Shown: piece by piece, positions 18,171-35,016 of the stretch
Position numbering within the stretch: the first letter of the stretch is position 1
Layout of the letters: the number at the start of each line of letters is the position of its first letter
Source of the DNA: the human T2T-CHM13v2.0 reference genome, Homo sapiens
Assembly: GCF_009914755.1 (NCBI RefSeq)
Contig: NC_060944.1
Direction: 5' to 3' (one strand)
DNA: 64,000 nucleotides
Made by a program: the position numbers and the translations under genes
The notes under the pieces: model-generated
Seen by the model: only the letters and a program-made list of their open reading frames with translations
The model's database searches: none
Told to the model about the DNA's origin: nothing

Positions 18171-19629
18171 TTTTTCACTCCTATAATTCACAATTTACTA
18201 AAAGGGAAGACCCAAATGGTTGGTAAATTCTGATGGATTATCTTAGGAAAAATAATTATAGCAATAAGGTATTCCAACAGAGGGCTGAATTGGCCAACAA
18301 GACTGCCAAGTTGCAGACTTACTTACCACAGATCTGGTGGTATTCATCACTGGACCCCCAGTTGAGGTCTCAGGGCCTTACATGGAAAACTCCTTACCCC
18401 AAATCCAGACTTTAAAATTCTATTCATAATAATAGTGAGAACTCTTCTAATTGGATTGGAAGTGATTTATAATAGCACTAAAAATAAAATTTCAAATTAA
18501 AACCCAAAAGGAACTATAGAAAGAAGAGGAAGCAAATATAGCAGCCTCCTTGGTTGATATGTTAATTATGGTTAAGCATTAAATTAGCTCTAAGCTTCCT
18601 GGCACCCAGGGGAACAATGGAAACACGGCAGGTTATATAATTTTCAGTGACTAATAAAAATGACCCAGGGAGTCTTCCTGGAGATTAAGTTCTAAGATTT
18701 AAAAGGTGTGACCATCAAGGAATAAGAATAAATTTGCAAGTTGCGTTCAAAAATATGCTTTATCTCTTTGTTTCACAGTTGGGGCATCTAGCAACAGTTG
18801 GAGGTGAGGTAGAAAAATGTACACCGGGTGGATATAACCTTTAGGGCATATGACTCAGGAAGCAACCTGGGAAGATACAGATGTGTGTATCAGGGAATGA
18901 AAATAAATATGAACGGCATTAGCATATGTGAGATAAATGGAAAATGGAGGAAAAAACAGGGCAAGGAAATCTTTCTAGAGTGGCTTCTATGTAGAAGAGC
19001 TTCATAAAAGCATCCGATGTGAACAGCAGTAAAAATTCAGGAAATGAGATGAGGTTAAGGACATTGCCCTGGATGTTATATTTAAGTTAGAATGCCTAAG
19101 CTGGTTTTATAACAGAATGGATTGAGAAAAACCACTGGTTAAAGTCTGGGTGAATGCAAGAAAATTTTGACCCACTAATGTAGATAGATCTGAGCTCATC
19201 CAAGAAAGGAATCTTCTTCCTCAACGACCAAAGAAAGTGAGCAAAATAATTTTTGTCTTGGCCAAGAAATAGTGAGGGCCTAGGAGACTGGTTAATGCTT
19301 TAGTTCATATGCTAAAATTGCTTCCTATATTATAAACTATTTTGCCATTTAATAAGTAGAAATACGGTCTTAGAAAAGTAACAAGATGGTCAGATTTTTA
19401 CAAGAAAAAATATATACGAAAAAAAAATCCCAAAGGAAAAATTGTGACTAATAATGTAACCCCATTGTTACATTGGGTAGAAATGGTGAAAAATCACCTA
19501 GTATGGAAGATGCACTATGAGGAAAAAGAAAACAAACCAATTAGGTGGTAGTCTCATTTAATTTTAGTTCTCATTTGTGAAAGGGTAAAGGTATCCCACA
19601 TGAATGGATCCTCCTTTAAGACAGATTTC

Positions 19630-19770
19630 TACCTTGACTATTTATTGGAATCATCTGAAGAGCCTTGAAAGATTTATAAGGCAGATCCATCTCATTTTCT
19701 GGGATAGGATCTAAGCACCAGTATTCAGAAATTTCCCTAGGTGATTCCAGTGGGCAGCCGAGGCTGAGCT
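19630..19770. mobile_element. MER5A-like hAT fragment
   Basis: 'ttggaatcatctgaagagcctt' ... 'ccctaggtgattccagtgggcagccgaggctgag'. Confidence 0.55.
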
Positions 19771-19834
19771 TTAAGGGGTTAACTAGTAAAGCAGAGAAGG
19801 ATTACAAGGAAGGATAGGTAATGAAGAGTCTGGC

Positions 19835-20590
19835 TGACTGAAAATCACAATCGCCTCCAGAGGTGGAGTCTGTTTCCTCCTTCCTAGAATCTGGACTGGC
19901 CCTGTTATGTATTTTGGCCAACAGAATGTGCTAGAACTGACATGAAGTGAGTCTCAGGATAGCGTCTGTCTTCCACCTTTTGGAATATCCCTTTTACTAT
20001 GTATGAAAGCCTGAGGGATGGGCACGGTGCCTCGTGCCTGTAATCCAAGCACTTTCGGAGGCAGAGGCAGGAGAATGGTTTGAAGCCAGGAGTTTCAGAC
20101 CAGCTTAGGCAAAAAAAGTGAGACCCCATATCTATTAAAAATATACTTTTTAAAGTTAGCTGAGTATGGTGACGTATGCTTGTAGTCCCAGCTACTTAGG
20201 AGGCTAAGGCAGGAAGATCACTTCAGCCCAGGAGGTTGAGGCTGCAGTGAGCTAGGATCACATCACTGCACTCAAGCCTGGGTGACAGAGTGAGACCCTG
20301 TTTCCAAAATAAAAATCCTGAGGTGGATGATTGAATGAGAGACCACAGAGAGATGCTACACCAATAGTCAGCACTAACCTCCAGACGTGCAAATGGAATC
20401 ATCTTGGACCATCCAATCACAGTCAAGCCCCCACCGTTAAGTCCCTAGCTAACACCTCATGAAACAGAGGCAACCCATTCCAACTGACCCTGGTCCAATT
20501 GCCCACCTCCAGAATTAAGACAAGTAATAAGTGATTGTTGTTGTAAGCCACTACATTTTGGGATAGTTTGTTATGCAGTAATCAATACAA
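19835..20590 (+). mobile_element. MLT1G/H-like LTR interrupted by AluJ
   Basis: 'aggtggagtctgtttcctccttcctagaatctggactggcc...ttggccaacagaatgtg' and 3' 'taagccactacattttgggatagtttgttatgcag'. Confidence 0.75.
20016..20313 (+). mobile_element. AluJ SINE
   Basis: Alu dimer with short tail; TSD aaagcctgag / aaatcctgag. Confidence 0.92.
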
Positions 20591-20650
20591 AGATAGAAAG
20601 AGAACACAAAACAAAACAAAACTTCTTGAAGCTGGACTGTCAAACAAATC

Positions 20651-21171
20651 TGCAACAGCTAGCCTTCAGGATGGTCCTCAAAGATCTCCATGCCCTGGTA
20701 TTCAAGTTCCTGTGTCATGCATTCAAACATTTTACTAGCATTGGTCTGTGTGACCAATAGAATATGGCATAGTTATGATATAAGACTTCTGAGGCTAGAT
20801 CAGAAAACTCACGTGGCTTCTGCTTTGCTCTCTTTCTTGCACAAGGAAGCCAGCAACTATGTTATGAGGGTGCCATAGCCCCGTACAGGAAATCCTATAT
20901 GGTGAGAACCTGTGTTATCCAGTCAACAGCCATGTGAGTGCACCATTTTGCAAACTTATTCTCCAGTCCCAGTCAAGCTTTCAGATGAATGCAGCTCTTG
21001 CCAAGATTCTGACTGCAACTCCATAAGAGACCTGAGCAAGAGTCACTCACCTAAGCTGCTCCCAAATTCCTTACCCACATAAGCTGTAAGAAAATAAATA
21101 CTTTTTGTTGGTTTATTTTAAGTCACCAAATTTTAGGGTCATTTGTTATGCAACCATAAATAACCAATGCA
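20651..21171 (+). mobile_element. MLT1F-like MaLR LTR
   Basis: 'ccagtcccagtcaagctttcagatgaatgcagc', 'ctaagctgctcccaaattccttacccac', AATAAA, and end 'tttgttatgcaaccataaataaccaatgca'. Confidence 0.8.
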
Positions 21172-22519
21172 TAGCCTTTGTTTCTGAATGAATTGCACCT
21201 GGTGAAATAGGTCCAATGTGTAAGTACATGAGGAGGATGAGGAAAATTCAGTATCTAGAATTAAAGTTCAAGGTACGTGGTCAATAGCATTGTGGTGAAA
21301 TAGATAAGCAGTGCTTTGTAACCTGGGGAAATGAAAAAGGGTGTCTCTCTTAGGAGTACAGAGCGAATGATAATCTTGTTTGGGAGCAGGATTCAGTCCT
21401 CTTTGAGGTGAAAATGTGCCACTACATGGGGATTCAGTACCTTCAGTTGTAAAGATTGGAAAACTGCAGGTTGGTAGACTGATCATTACACACATTTCCA
21501 GGGAACTGCAGAAACCACTTACAAGTGAGAAAAATCGTAGAAATTCATGTTAACAGGTGATAAAGAGAAATGCATTATTTCTGGAGCAAGTGCTAGCTAA
21601 GGACCAAAGTAACAAAAGAAAGAGAGTTGGGAAAATGAGGAGACAGCCTATGCAACAGAACCAGGCTGGAGAAAAAGAAAACAGAAGTCATAAATAAGGA
21701 AAATGAGTATGTAAGTGTATTTTTAAAGTTTTAGGAGAGTTTTTATTCTTTTTAAACTGCTGTAACTATAACCAAGCATGTCACAGTCCAATAATGGTGT
21801 CAATCTAAGAAAGAGGAATCACTATAGTAGCTATTGTCTTTAAGTCTAAAGTCCACCTGAACTTATGGTAATAAAAAATGATCAGAAAAATTTCTTCACT
21901 TGGCTTACTGAGCAATGTCTTTGCTCTTCCTTTTCTTTTAAATAACTTTTTATTATAGAAAAAAATTTAAATATGCAAAACTAGAGTGAATAATAATGAA
22001 CCTCCATCTAATTAGTATCCACTGTCAACAATTATCAAGCATTTCCACACCTCTACCATTGCCCATTCATACTCATACTCACTGCTCCTCCCATTTCATC
22101 CCATTTTAGACTGCTTTTATATAAATCTCAGTTATTGTATCATCTTAAATATGTCAGATAAGGACTCCATTTAAAACATAATCAAAATATCATTACTACC
22201 CCTGAAGAAATGATAATAATATCTTAACATTAGCCAATCACCAGGATTAAAATTTGTTTGATTGTTTAATATTTTTAAAACGTTTGTTTGTGCAAATCAA
22301 GATCCAAAGGTGGTCCTTATATTACATTTGTTGTGCTATATCTCTTAAGTCTCTTGCAATGTGTAGTTTCCTCATCATCTCTTTTGTTTCTTTGAAACAC
22401 ATCTTAAAGAAACTGGGAGTTTGACCAGTAGAATTCTTCATAGCAGCATTTTGATGATTGTTTCTTTAGGGTGTCTTTTAACACGTTCTTCTGTTTTCTG
22501 TAGTACCTGTACTTTTTTT

Positions 22520-22608
22520 AAAAATTTATTATTATTATACTTTAAGTTTTAGGGTACATGTGCACAATGTGCAGGTTAGTTACATATGTATACATGTGCC
22601 ATGCTGGT
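22520..22608 (-). mobile_element. Very short (~90 bp) young L1 3' end (L1PA2/3-type)
   Basis: 'ttatactttaagttttagggtacatgtgcacaatgtgcaggttagttacatatgtatacatgtgccatgctggt'; perfect TSD tacctgtacttttttt (22504-22519 / 22609-22624). Confidence 0.93.
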
Positions 22609-22624
22609 TACCTGTACTTTTTTT

Positions 22625-22936
22625 TACTTTCCTCTCTCTCTCTTTTTTTTTTTTTTTTTTTTTTTCCAGACAGAGTCTCAGGCTGGAGTGCGGTGGCAGT
22701 GGCATAATCTCAACTCACTACAACCTCCCCATCCAGGGTTCAAGCGGTTCCTCTACCTCAGCCTCCTGAGTAGCTGGGACTACAGGTGCTTACCCTCATG
22801 CCCAGCTAATTTTTTTTTGTATTTTTAATATAGACAGGGTTTCACCATGTTGGCCAGGCTGGTCTCATCTCCTGGCCTCAAGCATCTTGGCCTCCCAAAG
22901 TGCTGGGATTACAGGCGTGAGCCAGTGTGCCCTGCC
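22625..22936 (-). mobile_element. Alu SINE (AluJb/Sz-like) with small internal deletions
   Basis: Reverse Alu with compound T/(CT) tail; flanks cctgtactttttt / cttgtacattttt. Confidence 0.92.
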
Positions 22937-23679
22937 GCTTGTACATTTTTTTATTAGATCTAGGGTCATGATCAAATTCATGTTTGATATTTTTGACAAA
23001 AGTACCTCACAGGTGATATTTCTCTCTTCATGAGTGATCCAAAAATATCTGATTATCTTCCTTTTTGTTTTCAAAGGATATTAAATCTATAATTTGTTAT
23101 AGATTATAAAATGGTAATATTCTAATTCTATAATTTCTCCAAAAAATTTTCTCATATCAACTCTTAGGATGCATAACAGTTTGCATAGCAAAGGTGGAAT
23201 AAATGTTTATTTTTGTTTCTCAATTTTCCAAACAATAGAAGCAATTTATAAACAAATTGCTTCCTAGCATCTTCCAGATATGAAGACTACATTTATTGGT
23301 ATTTTTAGGAACTCATAAATTTAAATATATTTGATGTTTTTCAGTTCATTTGAATTATTATTCACATTGATATTCAAACTGTTCCCCTACTGGCCAAACT
23401 GTTCCTTTGAAGTTAGTCTCTATATCCATTTGACATGATACAAATCATGTTTGATAACTTTTTTCCATTTGTTTTCTTTTTAACTTTTTATTTTGAAATA
23501 ATTATAGACTCACATGAAGCTGAGAAAAAAAAAAAAAAACCCAAAGCTTTACCAGCTTCACACAGTAGTAACATCTTACATAGCTATAGTATATTATCTA
23601 AACCTGCAAATTGACATTGGCACAATGCAATTATTTAGACTATAGCACTTAATTGAATTTCACTACTGTACATATGCAC

Positions 23680-23680
<1 letters not shown>

Positions 23681-23710
<30 letters not shown>
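23681..23710 (+). repeat. (TG)15 microsatellite
   Basis: Read directly. Confidence 0.97.
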
Positions 23711-23712
<2 letters not shown>

Positions 23713-24639
23713 GTTCTATGACATTTTATTAAATGTATAGATTTGTATAACCACCAACACATTTTGTAACTTCTTTGCTTTCTGGTATAACATGAAATTC
23801 TACAAGTATCTTTTACATTTCCTGTCTTAGGCCTTAGGTCAGCCATTTCTTCAAGATGTCATGGTTAGTTATAGTGGGGCATGCTACGCAGAAACCATAG
23901 AATGGAGTCTATTTCCTTTCTAAAAACCCAATAAAAAATGGGTTTTTATTTCCTTTGGCTTGACCATGGTTTCTAGAACTGCTCAGTGGACAACGTTGTG
24001 GAAAACCTTAAAAACCACATACATCATGTCTTCTAATTGATAATTCCAAGTCAAATTCAGTATTATAGAGGTTTTACTTAATCTCAACAACATTATATTT
24101 CTATTTTCTTCATCCTGTGCCAAAAAAAAATCTCATTTCTCAATCCCATCAAGATAATTATCAATTCACTTTATTTTACAGGACTAACAGAACATTACCA
24201 GAGTAGTAATGCCATCACTACTACCAAAACCATTATTATTTAAAACAGGCTAAGCTTTAAAAAATTGTTTTATTTGTACATAGGATAGATCCCAACAGTG
24301 ATGTACAATTCAAAAGTTACTCTGAACAGTTCCTTTCTGAACAGTTACACTGGAAGCTTGATGCACAATTTGTTGCATTTGTTTTTTTTTTTTTTTTTTT
24401 TTTTTGCTTCTAGGGTTTTTTCTTTTAAATTATTATTATACTTTAAGTTTTAGGGTACATGTGCACCTTGTGCAGGTTAGTTACATATGTATACATGTGC
24501 CATGCTGGTGCACTGCACCCACTAACTCGTCATCCAGCATTAGGTATATCTCCCAATGCTATCCCTCCCCCCTCCCCCCACCCCACAACAGTCCCCAGAG
24601 TGTGATATTCCCCTTCCTGTGTCCATGTGATCTCATTGC

Positions 24640-28449
<3,810 letters not shown>

Positions 28450-28512
28450 TATGATGTTAGCTGGTTATTTTACTCGTCAGTTGATGCAGTTTCTTCCTAG
28501 TCTCGATGGTCT

Positions 28513-29523
28513 TTACATTTTGGCATGATTTTGCAGCGGCTGGTACCGGTTGTTCCTTTCCATGTTTAGTGCTTCCTTCAGGAGGTCTTTTAGGGCAGGC
28601 CTGGTGGTGACAAAATCTCTCAGCATTTGCTTGTCTGTAAAGTATTTTATTTCTCCTTCACTTATGAAGCTTAGTTTGGCTGGATATGAAATTCTGGGTT
28701 GAAAATTCTTTTCTTTAAGAATGTTGAATATTGGCCCCCACTCTCTTCTGGCTTGTAGGGTTTCTGCCGAGAGATCCGTTGTTAGTCTGATGGGCTTCCC
28801 TTTGAGGGTAGCCTTTCTCTCTGGCTGCCCTTAACATTTTTTCCTTCATTTCAACTTTGGTGAATCGGACAATTATGTGTCTTGGAGTTGCTCTTCTTGA
28901 GTAGTATCTTTGTGGCATTCTCTGTATTTCCTGAATCTGAATGTTGGCCTGCCTTGCTAGATTGGGGAAGTTCTCCTGGATAATATCCTGCAGAGTGTTT
29001 TCCAACTTGGTTCCATTCTCCCCATCACTTTCAGGTACACCAATCAGACGTAGATTTGGTCTTTTCACATAGTCCCATATTTCTTGGAGGCTTCACTCAT
29101 TTCTTTTTATTCTTTTTTCTCTAAACTTCCCTTCTCACTTCATTTCATTCATTTCACCTTCCATCGCTGATACCCTTTCTTCCAGTTGATCGCATCGGCT
29201 CCTGAGGCTTCTGCATTCTTCACGTAGTTCTCGAGCCTGGTTTTCAGCTCCATCAGCTCCTTTAAGCACTTCTCTGTATTGGTTATTCTAGTTATACATT
29301 CTTCTAAATTTTTTTCAAAATTTTCAACTTCTTTGCCTTTGGTTTGAATGTCCTCCCGTAGCTCAGAGTAATTTGATCGTCTGAAGCCTTCTTCTCTCAG
29401 CTCGTCAAAGTCATTCTCCATCCAGCTTTGTTCCGTTGCTGGTGAGGAACTGTGTTCCTTTGGAGGAGGAGAGGCGCTCTGCTTTTTAGAGTTTCCAGTT
29501 TTTCTTTTCTGTTTTTTCCCCAT
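28513..29523 (-). pseudogene. L1 ORF1 (RNA-binding chaperone), frameshifted
   Basis: Starts MGKKQKRKTGNSK; frameshifts after '...LMELKT' and after '...RAAREKG'. Confidence 0.95.
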
Positions 29524-30430
29524 CTTTGTGGTTTTATCTACTTTTGGTCTTTGATGATGGTGATGTACAGATGGGTTTCTGGTGTGGATGTCCTTTCTGT
29601 TTGTTAGTTTTCCTTCTAACAGACAGGACCCTCAGCTGCAGGTCTGTTGGAATACCCTGCCTTGTGAGGTGTCAGTGTGCCCCTGCTGGGGGGTGCCTCC
29701 CAGTTAGGCTGCTCGGGGGTCAGGGGTCAGGGACCCACTTGAGGAGGCAGTCTGCCCGTTCTCAGATATCCAGCTGCGTGCTGGGAGAACCACTGCTCTC
29801 TTCAAAGCTGTCAGACAGGGACATTTAAGTCCACAGAGGTTACTGCTGTCTTTTTGTTTGTCTGTGCCCTGCCCCCAGAGGTGGAGCCTACAGAGGCAGG
29901 CAGGCCTCCTTGAGCTGTGGTGGGCTCCACCCAGTTCGAGCTTCCTGGCTGCTTTGTTTACCTAACCAAGCCTGGGCAATGGCGGGCGCCCCTCCCCCAG
30001 CCTCACTGCAGCCTTGCAGTTTGATCTCAGACTGCTGTGCTAGCAATCAGGGAGACTCCGTGGGCATAGGACCCTCCGAGCCAGGTGCGGGGTATAATCT
30101 CATGGTGCGCCGTTTTTTAAGCCTGCTGGAAAAGCGCAGTATTTGGGTGGGAGTGACCCGATTTTCAAGGTGCGTCTGTCACCCCTTTCTTTGACTTGGA
30201 AGGGGAACTCCCTGACCCCTTGCACTTCCCGAGTGAGGCAATGCCTCGCCCTGCTTCGGCTCGCGCACGGTGTGCGCACCCACTGACCTGCGCCCACTGT
30301 CTGGCACTCCCTAGTGAGTTGAACCCGGTACCTCAGATGGAAATGCAGAAATCACCGTCTTCTGCGTCGCTTACACTGGGAGCTGTAGACCAAAGCTGTT
30401 CCTATTCGGCCATCTTGGCTCCCCCCCCCC
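29524..30430. promoter_or_regulatory. L1 5'UTR with internal sense promoter (minus) and antisense promoter (plus); YY1 site at 30407-30417
   Basis: CpG-rich relative to the window; cggccatcttg is the reverse complement of the canonical L1 YY1 site. Confidence 0.85.
29979..30194 (+). CDS. ORF0: L1 ORF0, intact 71-aa antisense ORF
   Basis: gcaATGg start; MAGAPPPASLQPCSLISDCCASNQGDSVGIGPSEPGAGYNLMVRRFLSLLEKRSIWVGVTRFSRCVCHPFL is colinear with the known primate L1 ORF0; expression not shown. Confidence 0.85.
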   Translation: MAGAPPPASLQPCSLISDCCASNQGDSVGIGPSEPGAGYNLMVRRFLSLLEKRSIWVGVTRFSRCVCHPFL

Positions 30431-30933
30431 GCATTTGTTTTATTTTACTTTCAAATTGTGGAAACTGCTTGTAAGTCTCAATTGCATTTAATAGAAATGT
30501 AAAATACTTACCTAATTACAAAGCCAATTTATAAAATAAGGTATATGCAGAGTGATATGGTTTGACTATGTCCCCACCCAAATCTCATCTTGAATTCCCA
30601 CATGTTGTGGGGGGGCCCTGGTGGGAGGTAGTTGAATGATGGGGGCAGGTCTTTCCCATGGTTTTCTCGTGATAGTGAATAAGTCTCATGAGACCTGATG
30701 GTTTTAAAAATGGGACTTTCCCTGCACAAGCTCTCTCTGCCTGCTGCCATCCATGTGAGATGTGACTTGTTCCTGCTTGACTTTCACCATTGAGGCTTCC
30801 CCAGCCACATAGAACTGTAAGTCCGTTAAAACTCTTTCTTTTGCAAATTGCCAAGTCTTGGGTATGTCTTTATCAGCAGTGTGAAAAGTGACTAATTACC
30901 AGTATAGTGGGGTGCTGCTGTAGATACCCGAAA

Positions 30934-31382
30934 ATGTGGAAGCAACTTTGGAACTGGGTAACAGGTAGAGTTTGGAACAGTTTGGAGGGATCGGAAGAAG
31001 ACAGGAAAATGTGGGAAAGTTCGGAGCTTCCTAGAGACTTGTTGAATGACTTTGGCAAAAATGATGATTATAAAATGGACAATAAAATCCAGGCTGAGGT
31101 GGGTTCAGTTGGAGATAAGGAACTTGTTGGGAACTGGAGCAAAGATGACTCTTGTTATGTTTTATCAAACAGACTGGTGGCATTTTGCCCATGCCCTAGA
31201 GATTTGTGGAACTTTGAGCTTGAGACAGATGTTTTAGGATATCTGGCAGAAGAAATTTCTAAGAAGCAAAACATTCAAGAGGAGACATGGGTGCTGTTAA
31301 AGGCATTCAGTTTCATAAGCAAAACAGAGCAGAAAAGTTCAGAAAATTTGAAGCCTGATGATGTAGTAAAAAAGAATATTCC

Positions 31383-31410
<28 letters not shown>
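30934..31410 (+). other. THE1 internal (MaLR) ORF remnant, 150 open codons, then stops inside the Alu
   Basis: MWKQLWNWVTGRVWNSLEGSEEDRKMWES...LVAFCPCPRDLWNFELE...LGYLAEEISK matches the recalled MaLR internal ORF. Confidence 0.75.
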
Positions 31411-31763
<353 letters not shown>

Positions 31764-34419
31764 TCAAGACAATGGGGAAAATATCTCCAGGTCATGTCAG
31801 AGACCTTCATGGTAGACCTTACCATCACAGGCCCCAGAGGCCTAGGAGGAAGAAGTGGGTTTGTCGGCCAGGCCCAGGGTCCCTGTACTATATGCAGTCT
31901 AGGGACTTGGTGCCCTGCATCCCAGATGCTCCAGCACCAAAGGGACCAATGGCTAAAAGGGGCCAAGAGCTAGAGCTGTGGTTTCAGAGGGTGCAAGCCC
32001 CAAGCCTTGGCAGCTTTCACGTGGTGTTGAGCCTGTGAGTGCGTAGAAGTCAAAAATTGGGGTTTGGGAACCTTTGCCTAGGTTTCTGAAGATGTATGGA
32101 AATGCCTGGATGCCCAGGCAGAATTTTGCTGCAGGGGTGGGGCCCTCATGGAGAACCTCTGCTAGGGCAGTGTGGAAGGAAAATGTGGGGTCAGAGCCCC
32201 CACACAGTGTCCCTAGTGGGGCACTGCCTAGTGGAGCTGTGAGATGAGGGCCACCATCCTCCAAACCCCAGAATGTTAGAAGCACTGACAGCTTGTACTG
32301 TGCACCTGGAAAAGCTGCAGACACTCAACACCAGCCCATGGAAGCAGCTAGGAGGGAGGCTGTACCTTGCAAAACCACAGTGGCAGAGCTGCCCAAGACC
32401 ATGGAAATCCACCTCTTGCATCGACGTGACCTGAATGTGAGACATGGAGTCAAAGAGGTCACTGTGGAGCTTTAAGATTTGACTGCCCCGCTGGATTTTG
32501 GACTTGCATGGGGCCTATATCCCCTTTGTTTTGGCCAATTCCTCCCATTTGGAATGGCTGTATTTACCAATGCCTGTACTCCCATTGTATCTACGAAGTA
32601 ACTAAGCTGTTTTTGATTTTACAGGCTTATAGGTGGAAGGGACTTGCCTTGTTTCAGATGAGACTTAGGCTGCGGACTTTTGAGTTAATGCTGAAATGAG
32701 TTAAGACGTTGGGGGACTGTTGGGAAGGCATTACTGGTTTTGAAATTTGAGGACATGAGATTTGGGAGGGCCCAGGGGTGGAATGACATGGTTTGGTTGT
32801 GTCTCCACCCAAATCTCATCTTGAATTCTCACACGTTGTGGGAGGGACCCTGTGAGACATAGTTGAATCACGGGGGCAGATCTTTCCCATGGTTTTCTCG
32901 TGATAGTGAATAAATCTCAAAAGACCAGATGGTTTTAGAAATGGGAGTTTCCCTGCACAAGCTCTCTCTTTGCTTGCTGCCATTCATGTAAGATGTGACT
33001 TGTATGTACTTCCCTGCCTTCCACCATGATTGTGAGGCTCCTCCAGCCACGTGGAACTGTAGGTCCATTAAACCTCTTTCTTTTGCAGATTGCCCAGTCT
33101 CAGGTATGTCTTTATCAGCAGCATGAAAAAAAACTAATACACAGAGTAGTCTGGTTTCTATCTCTTTTCCAAAATACTGTTCGTTCACTATTTGTATTTG
33201 TAGTATATGGCATTCTCTCTCTCTCCACACACCTCCTCACACCTATACATACATACTGATACATATACATACATATGTGTATATATATTTATATATTCTA
33301 ATATCTTTAATACCTCCATACATCTTTACAATATATTTAGACTCCACGTTTTAAAAAATTGTCCATTATTTCCTAACTCTAAGCAACTTTGAATTTAACT
33401 AGCTATATTTTATTCCCATGGGGCTCCTTTTAATATAGGGCCTTTATTCAAAGTTTAATAACATAACATCAGCCTGCCCTGTTAGTTCCTTAGTTGTAAA
33501 AGTCTAGGCTTTGCATGTCTGTCTCCATTACTGTTTTGTTCAAGTGTTTTTCTTTGTTACTTTCAATAATAGATAGATTATACAGGCATTATTTGTCAAC
33601 CATCATTTCTAAAATGGAAGCTGAACCTCAAAATATGCCAAGGAATTTATTAAGAGATAAAATAATAGATAAGTATTATCTATGATAATACTATAAAAAA
33701 GAGAGAAATTGTGAATGTACAGTGAAACTAAATAATTTCAATGAAGGATGCTAATATGAAGATTTCAAACAAATTGTCAATTATTTCTGTAAAAACTACT
33801 AACAAAAGGAGCCTGAAGTTACCAGGTAGAGTGGAGAAGACAGAAATACTGAAAAATGTTCTGTAACTATTAAGTAGAGGATACTGAGCCAAAATAAACA
33901 AACAGTAATTCACCAAAATAAGGTCATGAGCTTCATGAGCTTCATAATTTTATTGCAAGACATGAGTCTTTGTAATTTTTTTTTTTTTTTTTTTTTACCC
34001 AGAAGGGGTAACTTCTAAATGCTGAGAGGTAACACTGTTGAATTCCTTACCTCACTTTCCAGACATTCTCAAAATTGTTTTGAGACTAATGGCCTTCTCT
34101 TAAAGTAGACTTCAAGAGCCAACTTCTAAGAGGGTATATGTGAATAAATACACAATAACAAGAAGTGAAATCATAAAAAAGGAAGGGAAGAAAGATAAAA
34201 AACCAAAAAGTAGTTACAGGAATATGCGTCAAAGGAGGAATTAATTTGGCTAGCAGAACACTTAAAATAAATATTTATTTATACATTAGAAAAAGTAACG
34301 CAGTTAGTTACTACTGGAAAAACAATATTAGATGCCAGACCATATATACTCAAAGCCTGTGCTTTCACCTGTCATGTAATTCTGCTAAATAAATCTGAAA
34401 AAAAGGAAGAAACAAAGAC

Positions 34420-34900
34420 ACAGAACTGAATGCGTTAAGAAATAGAAAATGTGCAAAATACATACATTCAAAGATTGTTTCTTTGAACAAATTAATTAGA
34501 CATATTAAACACTAACATAAAATAGGGAAAAAATAAAAATGCCAACAATCTAAATTCAAAATAAGAACAAAGAATTAGCCAAAAGTTAGATGACATTAAG
34601 AAATAGTTTCCTCAACTATATAAATAAGTTTGAATGTCTGATTGAACTGTAAAATATAAATTATTACAATTTGATTCAAGATACATAGAAAATCTTAAGT
34701 AGACCAGCAGCCATAAGTTAAAGGTAAACAGTTGCGAATGTATTCTATAATATGCCTCTAGAAAAAAAAAATGTAATTCCCAGATAGTTTCACAGGTTCA
34801 ATTCTACCAATATTTCAAGGAGTATTTAAATCCAATTTTATTTAAATGGTTTCATAGAATATAGAAAAAAGAAAGGCTTCCAAATATTTTTAGGATAGTA
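34420..34900 (+). mobile_element. Old L1M ORF2 fragment
   Basis: 'aagattgtttctttgaacaa', 'cccagatagtttcacagg..aattctaccaatatttcaagg', 'aatatagaaaaaagaaaggcttccaaat' parallel L1 ORF2. Confidence 0.6.
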
Positions 34901-35016
34901 TACATGCCACCACCTTGAAAAAATAAAATGGATAAAAATAACACATAGAACCATACAATTTCACACCAAAATCCAGTCTATTCGCAATACAAAGCAAGTA
35001 CTCTCTTGAAAAGCAG

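Larger units (their letters stand above)
21930..24374 (-). mobile_element. Old L1M (L1MC/MD-like) 3' fragments hosting younger inserts; probably resumes at 30431-30552 and after 33146
   Basis: T-rich L1M 3' ends at ~21935 ('ttttattatagaaaaaaatttaaatatgcaaaa') and ~23475 ('acttttattttgaaataattatagactcacatgaag'). Confidence 0.6.

Noticed and set aside
19453-19476. 8-bp hairpin aatgtaac/gttacatt
   Set aside because: Too short to distinguish from chance in 64 kb of AT-rich DNA
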